DNA from: Planctomycetota bacterium
Lineage (GTDB): Bacteria > Planctomycetota > UBA8108 > SXIK01
Assembly (NCBI GenBank): GCA_965223845.1
Contig: CBDCXR010000004.1
Location: 6,880,001-6,944,000, forward strand
Length of the DNA: 64,000 nt
Direction: 5' to 3'
This document shows, piece after piece, positions 47,364 to 56,257 of the stretch; within the stretch, counting starts at the first letter, position 1, and every line of letters starts with the position of its first letter. Made by a program: the position numbers and the translations under genes. Under the pieces are notes generated by a model. That model did not search any database. It was given only the letters and a program-made list of their open reading frames with translations, and was not told the DNA's origin.

Positions 47364-50300
47364 ATGTCGCGAGCGGTGTCATGCGCCGCCGTGGCAGCGT
47401 TCGCACTCGCAGCCTGTTCGATGACGGAGTCTGTTGTCGCTCCGGAGCCGCTCGTCGAGCCGGTGAACGAATCGAGCCGACCCGGAGGAACGATCGTCCA
47501 CGGTCGAATCGAAGGGGAAGGCGCTGGGCTCGCGGGGATCGAGGTCCTGCTTGTTCCTACGAGCTACCAGCGCGACCTTCTGCGTATTCTCGATTCGGCC
47601 CAGGGGCTCCGGTCGTCGACTCACGAGCCGGAGATCGAGGACACACTACGTGCTATACAAGATCTCGTCGACCGAACGCGCGCGTCGGCACCTCGAACCA
47701 CGACCGGGGCAGACGGGAGATTCCGATTCGGTGGAGTCGCGCCGGGAACCTACCGAGCCCTCGCCTTCGGCGCCGGCTGGCGACTTGATTTCGGCGCACC
47801 GGTCTTCGCGGATCGCGCGAAGTCGTTCGAGCTCCGAATTGCGCTAATCCGCGCCGAGCGCATCTCCGGTCAAGTGATCTCAGTCGACGGATCACCCGCC
47901 GCGAACGTCTCAGTACGCGCGCGAGTATTCTACGTTGGTTCTTTCGGGTTTAGCCTCGAAGCCAGTCTTCGCGAACTTTTCGACGGCTCGGCGCTCCGGG
48001 GTCCCCTCGAAACACGGACGGACGCGACGGGACGTTTCGAGTTCGATGCACTCAGTCCCGGACGCTGGAGCGTCCGTGCATCTTCGGCCGATCAATCCGT
48101 GGCGCGGGTCCACGAGATCGACGCGGGCTCGGAGGGCCTCGTGCTCGAGCTTCAGGCTCCAGGCGAGATCTTCGGTACGCTCGAAGACGATCTCGGATCC
48201 CCGATCGCCGACGCTTCCCTAGCGCTCGAGCCGGAGAGGTATCAAATCACGCTCGGTCGATTTCTGGGCATCTACGGCGGCGGTGATTGGAGGCGGCGGG
48301 CGAGAGAGGGACTTACGCTCACCGGTGCGCGTCTCGCGACGGATGAACAGGGGCGATTTCGGTTCGGGTCCGTGGCGCCGGGTGACTACCGGCTCACCAT
48401 CCGCACTCCGTTCGCGCGCACGATCGAGGAGCGATTCCAAGTCGGGCCGGGGGAAGTCGTCGACTTCGGTGTGCTTCGAGCGGCGCGCGGTGACTCGATC
48501 AGGGGGCGCGTCGAGTCGCCGGACGGTACGCCGATCGCTAACGCTCGCTTGACCGCGTCGCTCGAGGGCTCGATGGCCGAATACTTTAAGACGTCGCGTT
48601 TGGATCGACGGCGATCTACGAACACCCGAGACGACGGCACGTTTGCCGTTCACGGAATAGTGCCGGGAGAACACTCCGTGCGAGTTTTCGCCGCGAGTTG
48701 GGAGCCACGGAATGTCCGGGTGAAGTCGGGGGAGAGCGCAACCAACATCACCTTGGAACCGGGGAAGACAATCGCGGGAACGGTTCTCGACGCGGAGACC
48801 GGCGTACCGATCCCGGGGGCGACGATCGCGGGCGGTGGTGTGTCAGCGACCGCCGATGAATCGGGGCGCTTCCGGCTGGTTGGCTTCGTCGCGGAGCACA
48901 TCGACAACGTGTTGTTCGCGGCGCAACTCGCGTCGCCGACGGACGACGGAGCGTTTGTGTGGGACGACGATACCACCACCGCGTTTCTTGAGGCGAGAGC
49001 AGAGGGATTCGGGCCGAGTATCGTCGAAGTGCCGGACTTTGACCGCGTCCGCGACGTTGCGATTCGACTCAAGGAAGTCTCGGTTGTCCGCGGTCGAGTG
49101 TTCTCTCCAAGTGGAGAACCACTGCGTGCCGCGACCGTCCAGCTCGCGCTGTCCAGTGATCCGATCGAAGAGGGTTTTGGGGCCGTCACCGTGGGCGTGC
49201 GGCTCGGGCGGACCGACGAACAGGGCGTATTCGAGTTCACGGGTGCAGGCTTGTTCGATCGGGAATACGTGGCGTACGCCGATCACCCTCAGTTTGGAGA
49301 TGTGAGGAGCGAAAGATCCTCGCTCCGGCGCGGCGAATTGCCGGAGCTCGAGCTTCGCCTGCCGGGCCTTGAAGACCTTAGGGGAATCGTGCGCACCGGC
49401 GACCGAACAGTCGCGGGAGCGAAGATCGTTCTTCGCCGACCGCACGGCCGCGAAAGAACGGTACGTTCGGATTCCGAGGGGAGGTTTGCGTTCGAGGACG
49501 TACCGATCGGCGCCCACCGAATCCAGGCTTTGGCTACCGGCCTCGGCGAGTCACGGGCACGCGGAATCCTGATCGAAGAGGGACGGGAGAACGCCGTTGA
49601 GCTCGAGCTCGACGAGGGGAGGGATCTTCACGTCGAGGTCGTCGACTCTTCCGGAAAACCAGTGGAAGGCGCCTCGGTGAGACTCTATCGAGAAGAGTCC
49701 GCGCGGAAGAGTCGTTGGGACCGAGTACGTTCCCGAATCGCGAACGGGACTCCGTGGCGGGCACGAACGACCGGCCGAGACGGTGCATGTCGCTTTGCTC
49801 AGTTGCCTCCCGTTCTCTTCACCGTTCTCGTTTCTCGCGCCGGCTACTCGGCTTGGTGCGTCTCCGGGCAGCGGGCGTCCGAAACACTCGTTCGGATTCG
49901 CATCGATAAGCTCGCGAGAATCGCGGGGCGATTCGTCTCGAAGGCGACCGGGCAGCCGATTCGTTCGTTCTTCGTCTTGGGGGCTCACCGCGAGCTGTTC
50001 GACAACAAGGGGGCGCACGACCTTGCACGGTTCTCTGTTGGTATCGACGGCGTGGCCGCGGATGGCCGATTCGCGGCCGCCGAGCTCATGCCCGGCCCCT
50101 ACGATTTCTGGTTCGTCCCGCGCGGTTTCGTCGGGCGACGCATGCGCGTTGATCTCGAGCCGGGGGAGGAACGGGTGTTCGATCTCGAGCTAGATCCGGC
50201 GGCAGTCGTACGCGGAGTCATCGTCGATGCGGACACCGGACGACCAGTGCCCGAGGTGGAAGTCGAACTTCGGGTGGAGGGTGACGAGGAGGGCGAACCT

Positions 50301-50774
50301 GAGCCTGAGCCCGATCCGGACGGAGATTTGCTTCTGCGTCGGTGGCGATCCGACAAGTTCGGTCGCTTCGATCTCTCCGCTCGCTCGCTACCGGTCGAGT
50401 TGGTCGTTCGCAGCGAGGAGCACGTTCCGTATCGTCGAACGATCGAGTCCGGAGATCGAGAGACCACCGAGGATCTCCGGGTCGAGCTTCGGGCGGGACT
50501 GTCGCTGTCCGGTCGACTCCTAGATGCCGGCGGCGTGCCGCTAGCGCGAGAGCACTGTTATCTGACGCCGCGAAACGGCACGGCGCCCGACGATTCTCGT
50601 CGGGTCGATACCGAAGGTGACGGGAGCTTTCGATTCGCTGGGCTTCTCCCGGGAGAATACCGTTTCTCTACGCGGCTGTCGTTTCCGGAGAACCCTCACA
50701 CGGCCCGTAGCACCTTCGAATTCTCACTATCTGAAAGTCGAGACGACGTCGAGATCCGCCTGCCGAAGAGATGA
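47364..50774 (+). CDS. Lipoprotein of tandem carboxypeptidase-regulatory-like repeats (paralog of the upstream gene)
   Basis: MSRAVSCAAVAAFALAAC lipobox; collinear with the upstream protein (LFDGSALRGPLETRTDATGRFEFDAL vs LFDGAAFRGDLEATTDAEGRFVFDTL). Confidence 0.8.
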   Translation: MSRAVSCAAVAAFALAACSMTESVVAPEPLVEPVNESSRPGGTIVHGRIEGEGAGLAGIEVLLVPTSYQRDLLRILDSAQGLRSSTHEPEIEDTLRAIQDLVDRTRASAPRTTTGADGRFRFGGVAPGTYRALAFGAGWRLDFGAPVFADRAKSFELRIALIRAERISGQVISVDGSPAANVSVRARVFYVGSFGFSLEASLRELFDGSALRGPLETRTDATGRFEFDALSPGRWSVRASSADQSVARVHEIDAGSEGLVLELQAPGEIFGTLEDDLGSPIADASLALEPERYQITLGRFLGIYGGGDWRRRAREGLTLTGARLATDEQGRFRFGSVAPGDYRLTIRTPFARTIEERFQVGPGEVVDFGVLRAARGDSIRGRVESPDGTPIANARLTASLEGSMAEYFKTSRLDRRRSTNTRDDGTFAVHGIVPGEHSVRVFAASWEPRNVRVKSGESATNITLEPGKTIAGTVLDAETGVPIPGATIAGGGVSATADESGRFRLVGFVAEHIDNVLFAAQLASPTDDGAFVWDDDTTTAFLEARAEGFGPSIVEVPDFDRVRDVAIRLKEVSVVRGRVFSPSGEPLRAATVQLALSSDPIEEGFGAVTVGVRLGRTDEQGVFEFTGAGLFDREYVAYADHPQFGDVRSERSSLRRGELPELELRLPGLEDLRGIVRTGDRTVAGAKIVLRRPHGRERTVRSDSEGRFAFEDVPIGAHRIQALATGLGESRARGILIEEGRENAVELELDEGRDLHVEVVDSSGKPVEGASVRLYREESARKSRWDRVRSRIANGTPWRARTTGRDGACRFAQLPPVLFTVLVSRAGYSAWCVSGQRASETLVRIRIDKLARIAGRFVSKATGQPIRSFFVLGAHRELFDNKGAHDLARFSVGIDGVAADGRFAAAELMPGPYDFWFVPRGFVGRRMRVDLEPGEERVFDLELDPAAVVRGVIVDADTGRPVPEVEVELRVEGDEEGEPEPEPDPDGDLLLRRWRSDKFGRFDLSARSLPVELVVRSEEHVPYRRTIESGDRETTEDLRVELRAGLSLSGRLLDAGGVPLAREHCYLTPRNGTAPDDSRRVDTEGDGSFRFAGLLPGEYRFSTRLSFPENPHTARSTFEFSLSESRDDVEIRLPKR

Positions 50775-50854
50775 CGCACCATCCTTCGGCCAGACGCGAC
50801 GAGACCCACACTTGTGCCGAAAGTGTGTGGCGCGTACACTCCTCCCCAATTGGA

Positions 50855-51146
50855 GCTCAGGTGTCCCCCCGAGCCAGCAACTCGGTGGGACGGCAAGAGG
50901 GAAGCCGGTGTACGAGGCTTCGATACGCGGCCGCCGCTGTGAGCGGTGATCGCGAGCCGAAGCGTCCGAGTCCGGCGCGGGCCCCGCCACTGTGACTGGG
51001 GACTGCTTCTCCTCCCGGCGCGACAACGCGCGCCGGTACGCGAACGCCACTGAGGTTTGCGATCGCCCGCATGCGCGGACGGTTGGTTCCTTGGGAAGGC
51101 GCGAGGAGAGGCGGGACGATCCAGGAGCCAGGAGACCTGCCTGAGC
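50855..51146 (+). ncRNA. Cobalamin (AdoCbl/B12) riboswitch
   Basis: Closing stem GCTCAGG/CCTGAGC; AAGAGGGAAGCCGGTG..AGTCCGGCGCGGGCCCCGCCACTGTGA; GCCACTG; TGGGAAGG; B12 box GAGCCAGGAGACCTGCC at 51125-51141. Confidence 0.92.
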
Positions 51147-51337
51147 GGTTTCTTCCGAGAAGCGTCTTCGGACGCAGAACGGAGCCTTCGGGGACGGAGG
51201 CGAAACGAGACGCGGAAGCACACGCGAGAGCGCGTGGCGTCGCCGCGACTCTCTCGCTCTCGTCGTCGATGCGAGGCTGGTAGCGGACGATCCATCGCCG
51301 CCCCGACTTCGATCCGTCCTGCGTTCGAGGCGCGGTC

Positions 51338-51359
51338 CCCTTTGCGGTGAGAAAGGGAG
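51338..51359 (+). promoter_or_regulatory. Putative SD-sequestering hairpin (riboswitch expression platform)
   Basis: CCCTTT(51338-43)-GCGGTGAG-AAAGGG(51352-57) overlaps the AAGGGAG RBS of the ATG at 51366. Confidence 0.5.
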
Positions 51360-51365
51360 TTCTCT

Positions 51366-52673
51366 ATGTCTCGTTCGTTTCCCGCCAGCCCCGAGTCCGC
51401 CTCTCGGACCCGTTCCCGTTCTCGTTCCCGACAAACCTCTTCTCTTCCTTCTCTGCTTGCTCTCCCTCCATCGCCCCAGCTCCAACGCATTCTCACCCTC
51501 GCCGCCTTCTTTTTCTGCGGAACCTCCACCTCCCGCGCCACCGAGCCCGTCGTCGTCTCACCCGACTGCTTCGTTGCCCGCGACGTCACGACCTTTGCCG
51601 CGAGCGCCGGGGGCGCTCAAGGGATGGCAATCTCACCGGACGGCGAGCTCATCGCTCACGAGAGCGGATCCGTTCGCGAGATTCGGACGGATCGGGAGCT
51701 CTTTCGATTTAGCGAAGACACCTTCGGCTCGTTCGTCGTCGTCCATCCGGACCACGAGCGCATCTTCGTCGGGGAGAGCTCGCGCGGAACGATCCGCTCC
51801 GTTCCGATCGCCGGCGGCGACGCGACACTCGTCGACTCGATCGTCTTCAATTACGACCTCGCCTTCGACGAGGATGGAAACGGTTACGTCTCCGCGCCGG
51901 ACCCCGAGTTCGTCTTCAATCAGGTCTATCTCGTCGACGGCGATCCTTCGACACCGAGCCCCGCGATCGTGATCGGCATCCCGGGCTTCTCGGGGCCACT
52001 AGCGATGCACGATGGATTTCTTTACTACGGAACGGCGCGAGGCGACGGCGGTGCGGAAGCGCTCGCGCGGTTTTCCCCCGCGCAGCTCGCCGCGGCGCGG
52101 GGCGGAACTCCGATCGCTTACGTCGATGGCCAAGAGATCTTCGCCGAGGCTTCCGGGTTCAATTCCTTCGCGTTCGTCGGCGGCACCCTCTACTACTCCG
52201 ACCTCGGTTTCAACGCGACACCGTCGATCGGACGGATCTGGTCGCTCGACGTCACGAAGAGCGATGCGCCGAGCGCGTTCGTCGACTTTCCGATCGCGGG
52301 CGGAGTGCTCTCCCCGACGTACCTCGCGTTTCGCCCGGGAACGCACGACTTCGCCGGTGGCGTCGGGCCGGACGGCGGCAGTCTCTTCGTCGCGTACTCA
52401 GACTTTGCGTCCGTCGCCGCGGTCGCGGCGATTCGCCCGGGCGAAATGTTCGTCCGCGGTGAGACGAACGGCGACGGGTCCGTCGACATCGCCGATGCTC
52501 TCACCGTGCTCAACTTCCTCTTCGCCGACGGCGCGGAGCCGAGTCCGCGCATCGCTGCGGACATCAACGGAGACGATCGACTCGATATCTCCGACGCGAT
52601 CTATCTGCTCGAGTTTCTCTTCGGCGACGGGCCCGACGTCCCGGAGCCGCACTCGGCACCGGGCTGCGGATAG
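51366..52673 (+). CDS. B12-riboswitch-associated exported protein: beta-propeller-like repeats plus dockerin-like C-terminal tail
   Basis: RBS AAGGGAG; blade-like segments GMAISPDGEL, YDLAFDEDGNGYVS, GPLAMHDGFLYYG, SFAFVGGTLYYSD; tail FVRGETNGDGSVDIADAL..ADINGDDRLDISDAI. Confidence 0.72.
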   Translation: MSRSFPASPESASRTRSRSRSRQTSSLPSLLALPPSPQLQRILTLAAFFFCGTSTSRATEPVVVSPDCFVARDVTTFAASAGGAQGMAISPDGELIAHESGSVREIRTDRELFRFSEDTFGSFVVVHPDHERIFVGESSRGTIRSVPIAGGDATLVDSIVFNYDLAFDEDGNGYVSAPDPEFVFNQVYLVDGDPSTPSPAIVIGIPGFSGPLAMHDGFLYYGTARGDGGAEALARFSPAQLAAARGGTPIAYVDGQEIFAEASGFNSFAFVGGTLYYSDLGFNATPSIGRIWSLDVTKSDAPSAFVDFPIAGGVLSPTYLAFRPGTHDFAGGVGPDGGSLFVAYSDFASVAAVAAIRPGEMFVRGETNGDGSVDIADALTVLNFLFADGAEPSPRIAADINGDDRLDISDAIYLLEFLFGDGPDVPEPHSAPGCG

Positions 52674-52792
52674 TTTCGCTAGGGAAATCTTTTCTCCGCG
52701 AGCGTCTCAGGTCTCGTCCGCGCGCGTTCCGCCGAGCGCGGACGAGTCCTTTTTCCTTGCTCGCTTTTCCTCGCTCCAAGAGACTCGGCGGC

Positions 52793-55360
52793 ATGACGCC
52801 TGGTGACGATCGAGATCGAGTCAGCCGAAGGGGCGACGGAGCGGACGAACCGGCCGGATCCGGCGCCGAGACCGAGATCACGGACGGTCGGGACGCGATC
52901 GATGCGGACGCTTCGGAAGCTCGCGCCGAGTTCGTGCCGTCGACATCCCCCTCGGACTGCACGGTGATCTCACGCCTCCGCGACGTTCTCGGTTATGAGC
53001 CCGCGATCGATCTTCGCACTCTTTCCTCCGAGCACGACGTCTCGGTCGGCGCCGAGGGGACGCAAGGGAAGTACGTGATCGAGCGCGTGATCGGCGAGGG
53101 CGGCATGGGAAAGGTCTACCTCGCCGTCGATCGCGATCTTCGTCGTCCCGTCGCTCTCAAGGTCATCAAGGATCACCTCGCCCGCGATTCCGATCACCTC
53201 GCTCGGTTCGTCGAAGAAGCGCAGGTCACGGGGCAGCTCGAGCATCCGGGGATTCCCCCGGTGCACGAGATCGCGATGAATCAGAACGGCGAGGTGTTCT
53301 TCACGCTGAAGCTGCTTCGGGGACGCACGCTCAAGGAGGTGATTCACGACGTTCACGTCGGCCGGCGGGAAACGCGCGAACGGTTCACGCGAAAGCGCCT
53401 TCTTCAGGTGGTCGTTGCGGTCGCGAACGCGGTTCACTTCGCGCACGAGAAGGGCGTCGTCCACCGCGACATCAAGCCGGCGAACATCATGATCGGCGAC
53501 TTCGGCGAAGTTCAGCTCATGGACTGGGGACTCGCGAAGGTGATCGGCGAACGCCGGGAGGAAGTGGTCGTCGAGCCCGTCGAGACGGTTCGCTCCGAGC
53601 AGCAGATGTCGACCCTCCACGGGCAGGTGCGGGGGACGCTCCAATACATGGCTCCCGAGCAGGCACAGGGGCGCGTCGAGTTCATCGACCGGCGGAGCGA
53701 CGTCTACTCGCTCGGCGCGACGCTCTACGAAGTGCTCACCATGCTTCCGCCGAAGACGGGTGGTTCGCTCGAGGAGATTCTCGAGGAGTCGCGCCTCGGT
53801 CTCGTGATTCCGCCGACGGTTCGCGCGCCGAAGCAGCGGATACCGTCCGAGCTCGAAGAGATCTGCGTGCGCGCGCTCGAATACCATCCGGACGATCGCT
53901 ACGAGACCGCGCTAGAGTTCGCCGAGTCGATCCAGGTTTACCTCGACGGGACGCTCGAAGAGGAGCGCCGCCGCGCCGAGTCGGAGCGGCTCCTCAAAGA
54001 GGCGCTCCAGGTTCTCCGCGAGCACGAGATCGAGAAGGGGCGACAGCAAAAGGCGGCGGCGAGGCTCGAAGATCTCGAGCGCACCTCGGGGCACTACCCG
54101 TCGCCCGAGACGAAGCGCGAGCTTCTTCGCGCGCGTGGCGAACTCGACGAGGCGGAGCTCTCCGTCGCTCGGCTCGGGGCGCGCGCTCAGTCGCTTCTCT
54201 CGGCGTCGCTCACCGCGCACGCAGAGAACGCGCGCGCCCGACGCACGCTCGGCGACCTCTACCTCGAGCGATTCCTGCGCGCCGAACGCGAGCGAAACCA
54301 AACGGACATGATCTTCTATCAGGGCCTCATCGAGCAGGTGAACGACGGGAGCTTCGATCGCGTCCTCAAGGGCGACGGCGCGCTCGTGCTCGCGTCGGAG
54401 CCGCGGAACGCGCGGCTCGTCCTCAGGCCCGTCGAGGAGCGCGACGGTCGATTGCTTCCCGGAGACGCCATCGCGGAGGCGACCGATCGCCTCGAGCTCC
54501 CCGATCTCGCGATGGGAAGCTACTGCGTCGAGCTAACCGCCGATAATCGCTGTCCCACACTCTATCCGGTCTTCGTCGAGCGAAATCAAACGACGCGCGA
54601 CCGCATCGAGCTCCACACGCGGGATCGTGTGCCGGAGCGCTTCGTCTACATCCCGCGCGGAAGCTTCATCATGTACGGCGATCCGAACGTCGTCTCGACG
54701 TTTCAGAGTCGAGCGCGCGTTCAGGTCGAAGGCTTCGCGATCGGACGCTATCCCGTAACTTGCGGAGAGTACCTCGAGTTCTTGAGCGATCTTCACCGGC
54801 GCGATCCGGACGAAGCCGAGCGGCGGGCCCCCCGCGAGTCCGAGGCGGCGGGGATCTTCTGGTCCGCCGGCGCCGATGGCTACTCCCTCCCGGAGGCGGA
54901 CCGTTACCCCTGGTCGACCGAGCTTCCGATCTTCGGCGTATCGTTCGCCGATGCCCTCGCTTACTGCGCGTACATCGGCGCGCGCGACGGTCGAACTTAC
55001 GATCTACCGACCGAGGCCGAGTGGGAAAAGGCCGCGAAGGGCGTCGACGGCCGGTACTACAGTTGGGGAAACGTGTTCGACAACGAGTTCGCTAACAACC
55101 TTTACGCACGCGAGCACGAGCACGGGGTGCAGCCCGTCGACAGCTACCCCGCAGACTGTTCGCCCTACGGTGTGCGTGGTATGGTGGGGAACGTCGCCGA
55201 TTGGTGTTACTTCGAGGGGGCGGAGCCGACCGACATGGTCGCGGTGCGCGGCGGCAACTGGGCGCTCACGGGCGACCCGTGTCGACTCTCCGTTCGCCGG
55301 AGCACGACGGATCGGTACGTGTCCGATCGCATCGGTTTCCGCGTGAAGCTCGTTTTGTAG
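52793..55360 (+). CDS. Ser/Thr protein kinase fused to FGE-sulfatase (SUMF1/EgtB/PvdO) domain
   Basis: IGEGGMGKVY, VALK, HRDIKPAN, DWGLAK, GTLQYMAPEQ, DVYSLG; C-terminal LPTEAEWEKAA, SPYG..MVGNVADW, RGGNW, IGFR. Confidence 0.93.
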   Translation: MTPGDDRDRVSRRGDGADEPAGSGAETEITDGRDAIDADASEARAEFVPSTSPSDCTVISRLRDVLGYEPAIDLRTLSSEHDVSVGAEGTQGKYVIERVIGEGGMGKVYLAVDRDLRRPVALKVIKDHLARDSDHLARFVEEAQVTGQLEHPGIPPVHEIAMNQNGEVFFTLKLLRGRTLKEVIHDVHVGRRETRERFTRKRLLQVVVAVANAVHFAHEKGVVHRDIKPANIMIGDFGEVQLMDWGLAKVIGERREEVVVEPVETVRSEQQMSTLHGQVRGTLQYMAPEQAQGRVEFIDRRSDVYSLGATLYEVLTMLPPKTGGSLEEILEESRLGLVIPPTVRAPKQRIPSELEEICVRALEYHPDDRYETALEFAESIQVYLDGTLEEERRRAESERLLKEALQVLREHEIEKGRQQKAAARLEDLERTSGHYPSPETKRELLRARGELDEAELSVARLGARAQSLLSASLTAHAENARARRTLGDLYLERFLRAERERNQTDMIFYQGLIEQVNDGSFDRVLKGDGALVLASEPRNARLVLRPVEERDGRLLPGDAIAEATDRLELPDLAMGSYCVELTADNRCPTLYPVFVERNQTTRDRIELHTRDRVPERFVYIPRGSFIMYGDPNVVSTFQSRARVQVEGFAIGRYPVTCGEYLEFLSDLHRRDPDEAERRAPRESEAAGIFWSAGADGYSLPEADRYPWSTELPIFGVSFADALAYCAYIGARDGRTYDLPTEAEWEKAAKGVDGRYYSWGNVFDNEFANNLYAREHEHGVQPVDSYPADCSPYGVRGMVGNVADWCYFEGAEPTDMVAVRGGNWALTGDPCRLSVRRSTTDRYVSDRIGFRVKLVL

Positions 55361-55406
55361 GCGCGCGACGGAATCGAATCCGGAGCGGGTTGGAAGCGGT
55401 GGTGGA

Positions 55407-56009
55407 ATGGACAAGACCGGGCGGATCACCGTCGAGATCATCGAGCGCATCCGGACGGAGGGAGAGTCCGGAATCGACGAGTTCGTCCGGCACTACGGTC
55501 CGCGGCTGCTCGTCTTCGTGCGCTACAAGCTCGGCGCAAAACTCGCGAAGAAGGTCGATCCGGAGGACGTCCTCCAAGACTTCTTCAGCACGCTCGTCGC
55601 AAACCCCGAGAGCTTCATCGAGAAGGTCGACGCGCGAGGGGTTCACCGCGCGGTGTTCCGCATGATCGAGAACCGCATCAAGGATCTCTACGAGCACTTC
55701 TACCGAACGGCGAAGCGGGATGCGGGTCGCGAGATCCGCGAGGGGACCGGGAGCGCACGGTTCTCGTTCTCCCAGGTCGGGGGATCGGCGTCGTTCAGCC
55801 GTCGCATCTCGAACCTCGACGAGTACCGGAGCCTCAGTCGACTCGTCGACCAGCTCGACGAGGAATCGCGGCAGCTCTTCGTGCTCAAGTTCGTCGAGGA
55901 GCTGACGAACCAGGAAATCGCGGACGAGCTCGGAGTCTCGCTGAGTACGGTGAAGCGGTCGAATGCCGACCTCGTACGGGCGATCCAGCGTGTTCGGCGG
56001 GGGGCGTAG
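55407..56009 (+). CDS. ECF sigma factor (planctomycete kinase-associated type)
   Basis: LAKKVDPEDVLQ, sigma4 LDEESRQLFVLKFVEELTNQEIADELGVSLSTVKR; 46 bp downstream of the kinase; no adjacent anti-sigma. Confidence 0.85.
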   Translation: MDKTGRITVEIIERIRTEGESGIDEFVRHYGPRLLVFVRYKLGAKLAKKVDPEDVLQDFFSTLVANPESFIEKVDARGVHRAVFRMIENRIKDLYEHFYRTAKRDAGREIREGTGSARFSFSQVGGSASFSRRISNLDEYRSLSRLVDQLDEESRQLFVLKFVEELTNQEIADELGVSLSTVKRSNADLVRAIQRVRRGA

Positions 56010-56072
56010 TCTTCGCGCGGGGCGGGGGTGGGACTATTCGTGAGCCTTCTTCCGGCCTAGGGGAAGAGTTTT

Positions 56073-56250
56073 ACACGAAGAGCGCGAAGGGGACGCGAAG
56101 GAAGACGAAGGAAAGAGAAAGAGTGATCGAAAAGAAAGATAGACAGAGTTGTCTTTGGGGAGTGCGAGCGACAACTGAACAGCCCGAGAGCTTACACTTT
56201 CAATCCACTCTTCTTCGTCTTTCTTCGCGTCCCCTTCGCGCTCTTCGTGT
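56073..56250. repeat. REP/MITE-like element: 38-bp terminal inverted repeats around a lower-GC spacer of about 100 bp
   Basis: Left arm ACACGAAGAGCGCGAAGGGGACGCGAAGGAAGACGAAG (56073-56110); right arm 56213-56250 is its reverse complement with one mismatch; lies between convergent genes. Confidence 0.8.
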
Positions 56251-56257
56251 GAAGTTC

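Noticed and set aside
56073-56250. CRISPR array or IS element
   Set aside because: Only one inverted pair; no direct repeat-spacer series, no cas genes, no transposase ORF.
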